From Malacoraja senta (taxonomy: Eukaryota): 64,000 nucleotides of DNA. Every line of letters starts with the position of its first letter. The first letter of the stretch is position 1. Under the pieces are notes generated by a model that was not told the origin of the DNA, did not search any database, and saw nothing but the letters and a program-made list of their open reading frames with translations. Position numbers and translations under genes: made by a program. Below, one piece after another: positions 61,400 to 64,000 of this stretch. The DNA is taken from contig JAXLNO010001226.1 in the NCBI GenBank assembly GCA_038087875.1, forward strand, positions 1-64,000. The letters run 5' to 3'.

Positions 61400-62190
61400 T
61401 TTTAGGCCAGTGGAAGTACTTGGTCAAACAGCATCTGTGGAGGCAAATGACATATACCAACATTTCAAGTCAAGGCACTGCATTAGAATTGAAGGAGAGG
61501 ATGGGAAGATTCTAACAGTTTGAAGGAGGAATGGGGCAGAGACTGGTAAGTGGCAGGTGGAATCAGCTGGGGAGGGGATGATGGGCAGATGGAGCAATGT
61601 TGGTGTATGGGTGGTTGTGGGAGAACAAATGAACACCAGTGGTATGGATAAGCTGAAATGTGAAAACTTTATATTCATACCATCGGCTTGTAAGTTACCC
61701 AGGTGGATTATCAGATATTTTACTTAAAACTTTCTGTGCCCAAGGTTAACGACAGATGGGTCAGTGTGAGAGTGGGAAGGGGTATTAAAATACCATACAA
61801 CAGATCTCAGGATGATCTTTACTTCAAAGGGGTGTGCTCTACAAAATGGTTGACATCTAAGCTAGTTTCTCCACAGCGTGAGCTATGATTGCAGTATAGA
61901 AAGTTGAAAGTGGTGCAAGTGAACCTCTGTCTCATTTGAACAGTTTATTCTCCTGTTCTTCACCTCTTCCTCCTCCTCTCCTACCTGTTTCCATCTACCC
62001 ATTATCCTCTTCCCACCTGGTTCTACGTTTGATCTACCAGCCTCTGTCCTATTCCTCCCTGATTGCTATATATTGGCAATCCATCCTCTTCCCTAACAGA
62101 TCTGGTGCAGGTTCTTGACCCTATTTGTGACATCAACCATTTGTCCCAATAATTTTGCTTGAGCCATTGAATGCTTTCAGTTGCAGATTC
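61400..62190 (-). mobile_element. Degraded Penelope-like 3' end with hairpin arms
   Basis: Similarity to the minus strand of the Penelope GIY-YIG/terminal region (atattcataccatcggcttgtaagttaccc...). Confidence 0.45.
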
Positions 62191-63839
62191 CATTAGTTGC
62201 TTTTAGTTGCAAATTCCATTAGCTACAGTCATTATTGGATAGAATATATGTTGTTTTAACACTGCATTTAGTCTGAGACACAGCACCAATAAATGTTGTT
62301 ACATAACGCTTGGTTATTTGATGATGTCAAAAGTCTTGATTGTTTGTACTTTGTACATTTCTAATCTAATGCAAAGAATTTATCATCCATAAGAATATAA
62401 AATTATCCACGGTGACTGGTGGTACAGAGATCAAGTACATTTTATGTGGCTCATTTGGTACAAGTTCTGTTCTTGAGATTTCACCTAATAATAGTTGCCT
62501 GTAGAATGTGCTTGATGAATGGACCATTGAGTATAAGATTTTTGGAAATAGATTGGCATGAAATCCAAGTAAACACATTGGATTGCACCTTGTTCTATAG
62601 TGGCTTCATGTTGCGAAGTAAAGGCAAGATATATGGAATCTGCAAGATATAATATGAAAGATATAATATGCAAGGCGCAAAATTAAATTGTTGTTAAGAA
62701 AATCTTACGTCAAAGTTGATTTTGTATTTTGTAAAGAATGAATGGGAACAAAATTATCAAAAATGAATTGGCAGTCAAAGTAATACAAGGTTGTAGTGGA
62801 GACAAGTGTGTAGGAACAGGCCACTCTGCCGATCCTGCCAATACTGTTGCATATAGTCCACATGACCCTCTTCCCACCTTATGCGATCTGCAACATGGTT
62901 GGCAAGTCTGTGCTGGATTCTCCAATGTAGAACCGACTATTCTTTTCTCTTTTGTGCTTGCCCAGCCTTCCCCTAAATGCAATTCATTGATCTGGATCCT
63001 CATTCTCACCTGTATTGGGTGGGAGGGGAGGAGAGGGAGCATTCTCTGTCGAATTCCCTGCTGGATTTTATGGTGGAAATGTTTTCACCATAGTGATTCA
63101 TTTAAAAGCTTTATGTATTTTAATATCTCCCTTCAGCCACTTCTCAAAGGGGTGGAGGGCAGGGGGTGGATTACTTACCCAGGGACATTCGATGACTGTG
63201 TTTTGTTTATTTTATCCAAACATTTTTTAATATAGATTAATATAGTATTATTTTTTTGTATCTTGGGTAAGCACATTGAAATAGCAATGGATGGCGTGTT
63301 CAGAAAATTATTTCTGATTTGTCCTTCCTTTGTGAACACCAAACCAATGTATGCATCTGCAAAAAGGCATTGGCACCAGGGTCTCGGTTCCTTTTAAGCA
63401 TCCCAGTTATCATGTTCTTCGATGCAGAGGAAATGTGGCCACGATAAATACAAAAATGTTGAAATGCAGAATATAAAAGTAATAGGAATTCAGGCATTTG
63501 AGCCTCAACTATTATTCCATGTGATCAATTGTGACCTAAAATTTATACCTTGTTCCTTTTATTTCTCTGATCCTTTGACCATACAAGTAACATATAACTC
63601 CTTGTATAAATTCAATGTTCTGTGTTCAACTGCTTCCAGTGGTATAACATTCCACACCTTCATCATTCTGTGGGAGAAGTAATCGCTCTTCATCTCAACT
63701 TGAAGCCTGACCATCAGATTTTGACCACTGGGCCCTGAACTGACCGGATTTCCCTCTTGAATACATGTATATGTACATATATACACATATATATGTGTGT
63801 GTGTGTGTGTGTGTACCTGTGAGTATGTGTATATATATG

Positions 63840-63980
63840 CACACTGATTTTTTTTTTCTCTCCCTCGCTTTTCATATTGTTTACAGTGTACTATGTTTAC
63901 ATATTCCGTTGTGCTGCAGCAAGTAAGAATTTCATTATATTATCTGGGACATATGACAATAAAACACTCTTGACTCTCTT
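63840..63980 (+). mobile_element. Rex1-like LINE 3' UTR remnant
   Basis: gtgctgcagcaagtaagaatttcatt...gggacatatgacaataaaacactcttgac. Confidence 0.5.
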
Positions 63981-64000
63981 CAATCTGTACAGACCCATAA

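Noticed and set aside
62710-63235. ORFs 62738-63235 and 62710-63042 as host genes
   Set aside because: No recognisable domain or convincing splice structure; they overlap decayed SINE/CR1-like sequence.

Overview
This is eukaryotic genomic DNA, most likely from a skate or ray (inferred from the CR1, HE1-type SINE and Penelope repeat content). It has four short N gaps. Most of the window is nested transposable elements: CR1, L1/Tx1, Rex1/Babar, Crack/L2, Penelope remnants, tRNA-type SINEs and MITEs. Two host-gene pieces read by eye are not evident from the ORF track alone. (1) The 3' half of an MHC class I-like heavy-chain gene on the + strand: a C1-set alpha3 exon (41164-41430), a transmembrane exon (46514-46621) and a terminal cytoplasmic exon (59581-59621). 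All three splice in phase 1 and give the tail ...WWRKKRRDYQNIQPKQNVHC*, which carries a CD1-like YQNI motif. I found no leader, alpha1 or alpha2 exon in the 41 kb upstream. (2) A CpG-rich promoter plus first coding exon resembling AIP/AIPL1 (13304-13423), with no recognisable exon 2. Structural oddities include a 502-bp direct duplication flanking a full-length L1, a duplicated 2.6-kb block expanded to 11 kb by nested insertions, and two satellites derived from the same CR1 segment. There are also Penelope hairpins with hammerhead-ribozyme cores and a foldback element whose arms encode a THAP domain. TE boundaries are approximate and family calls rest on motif recognition, without database searches.
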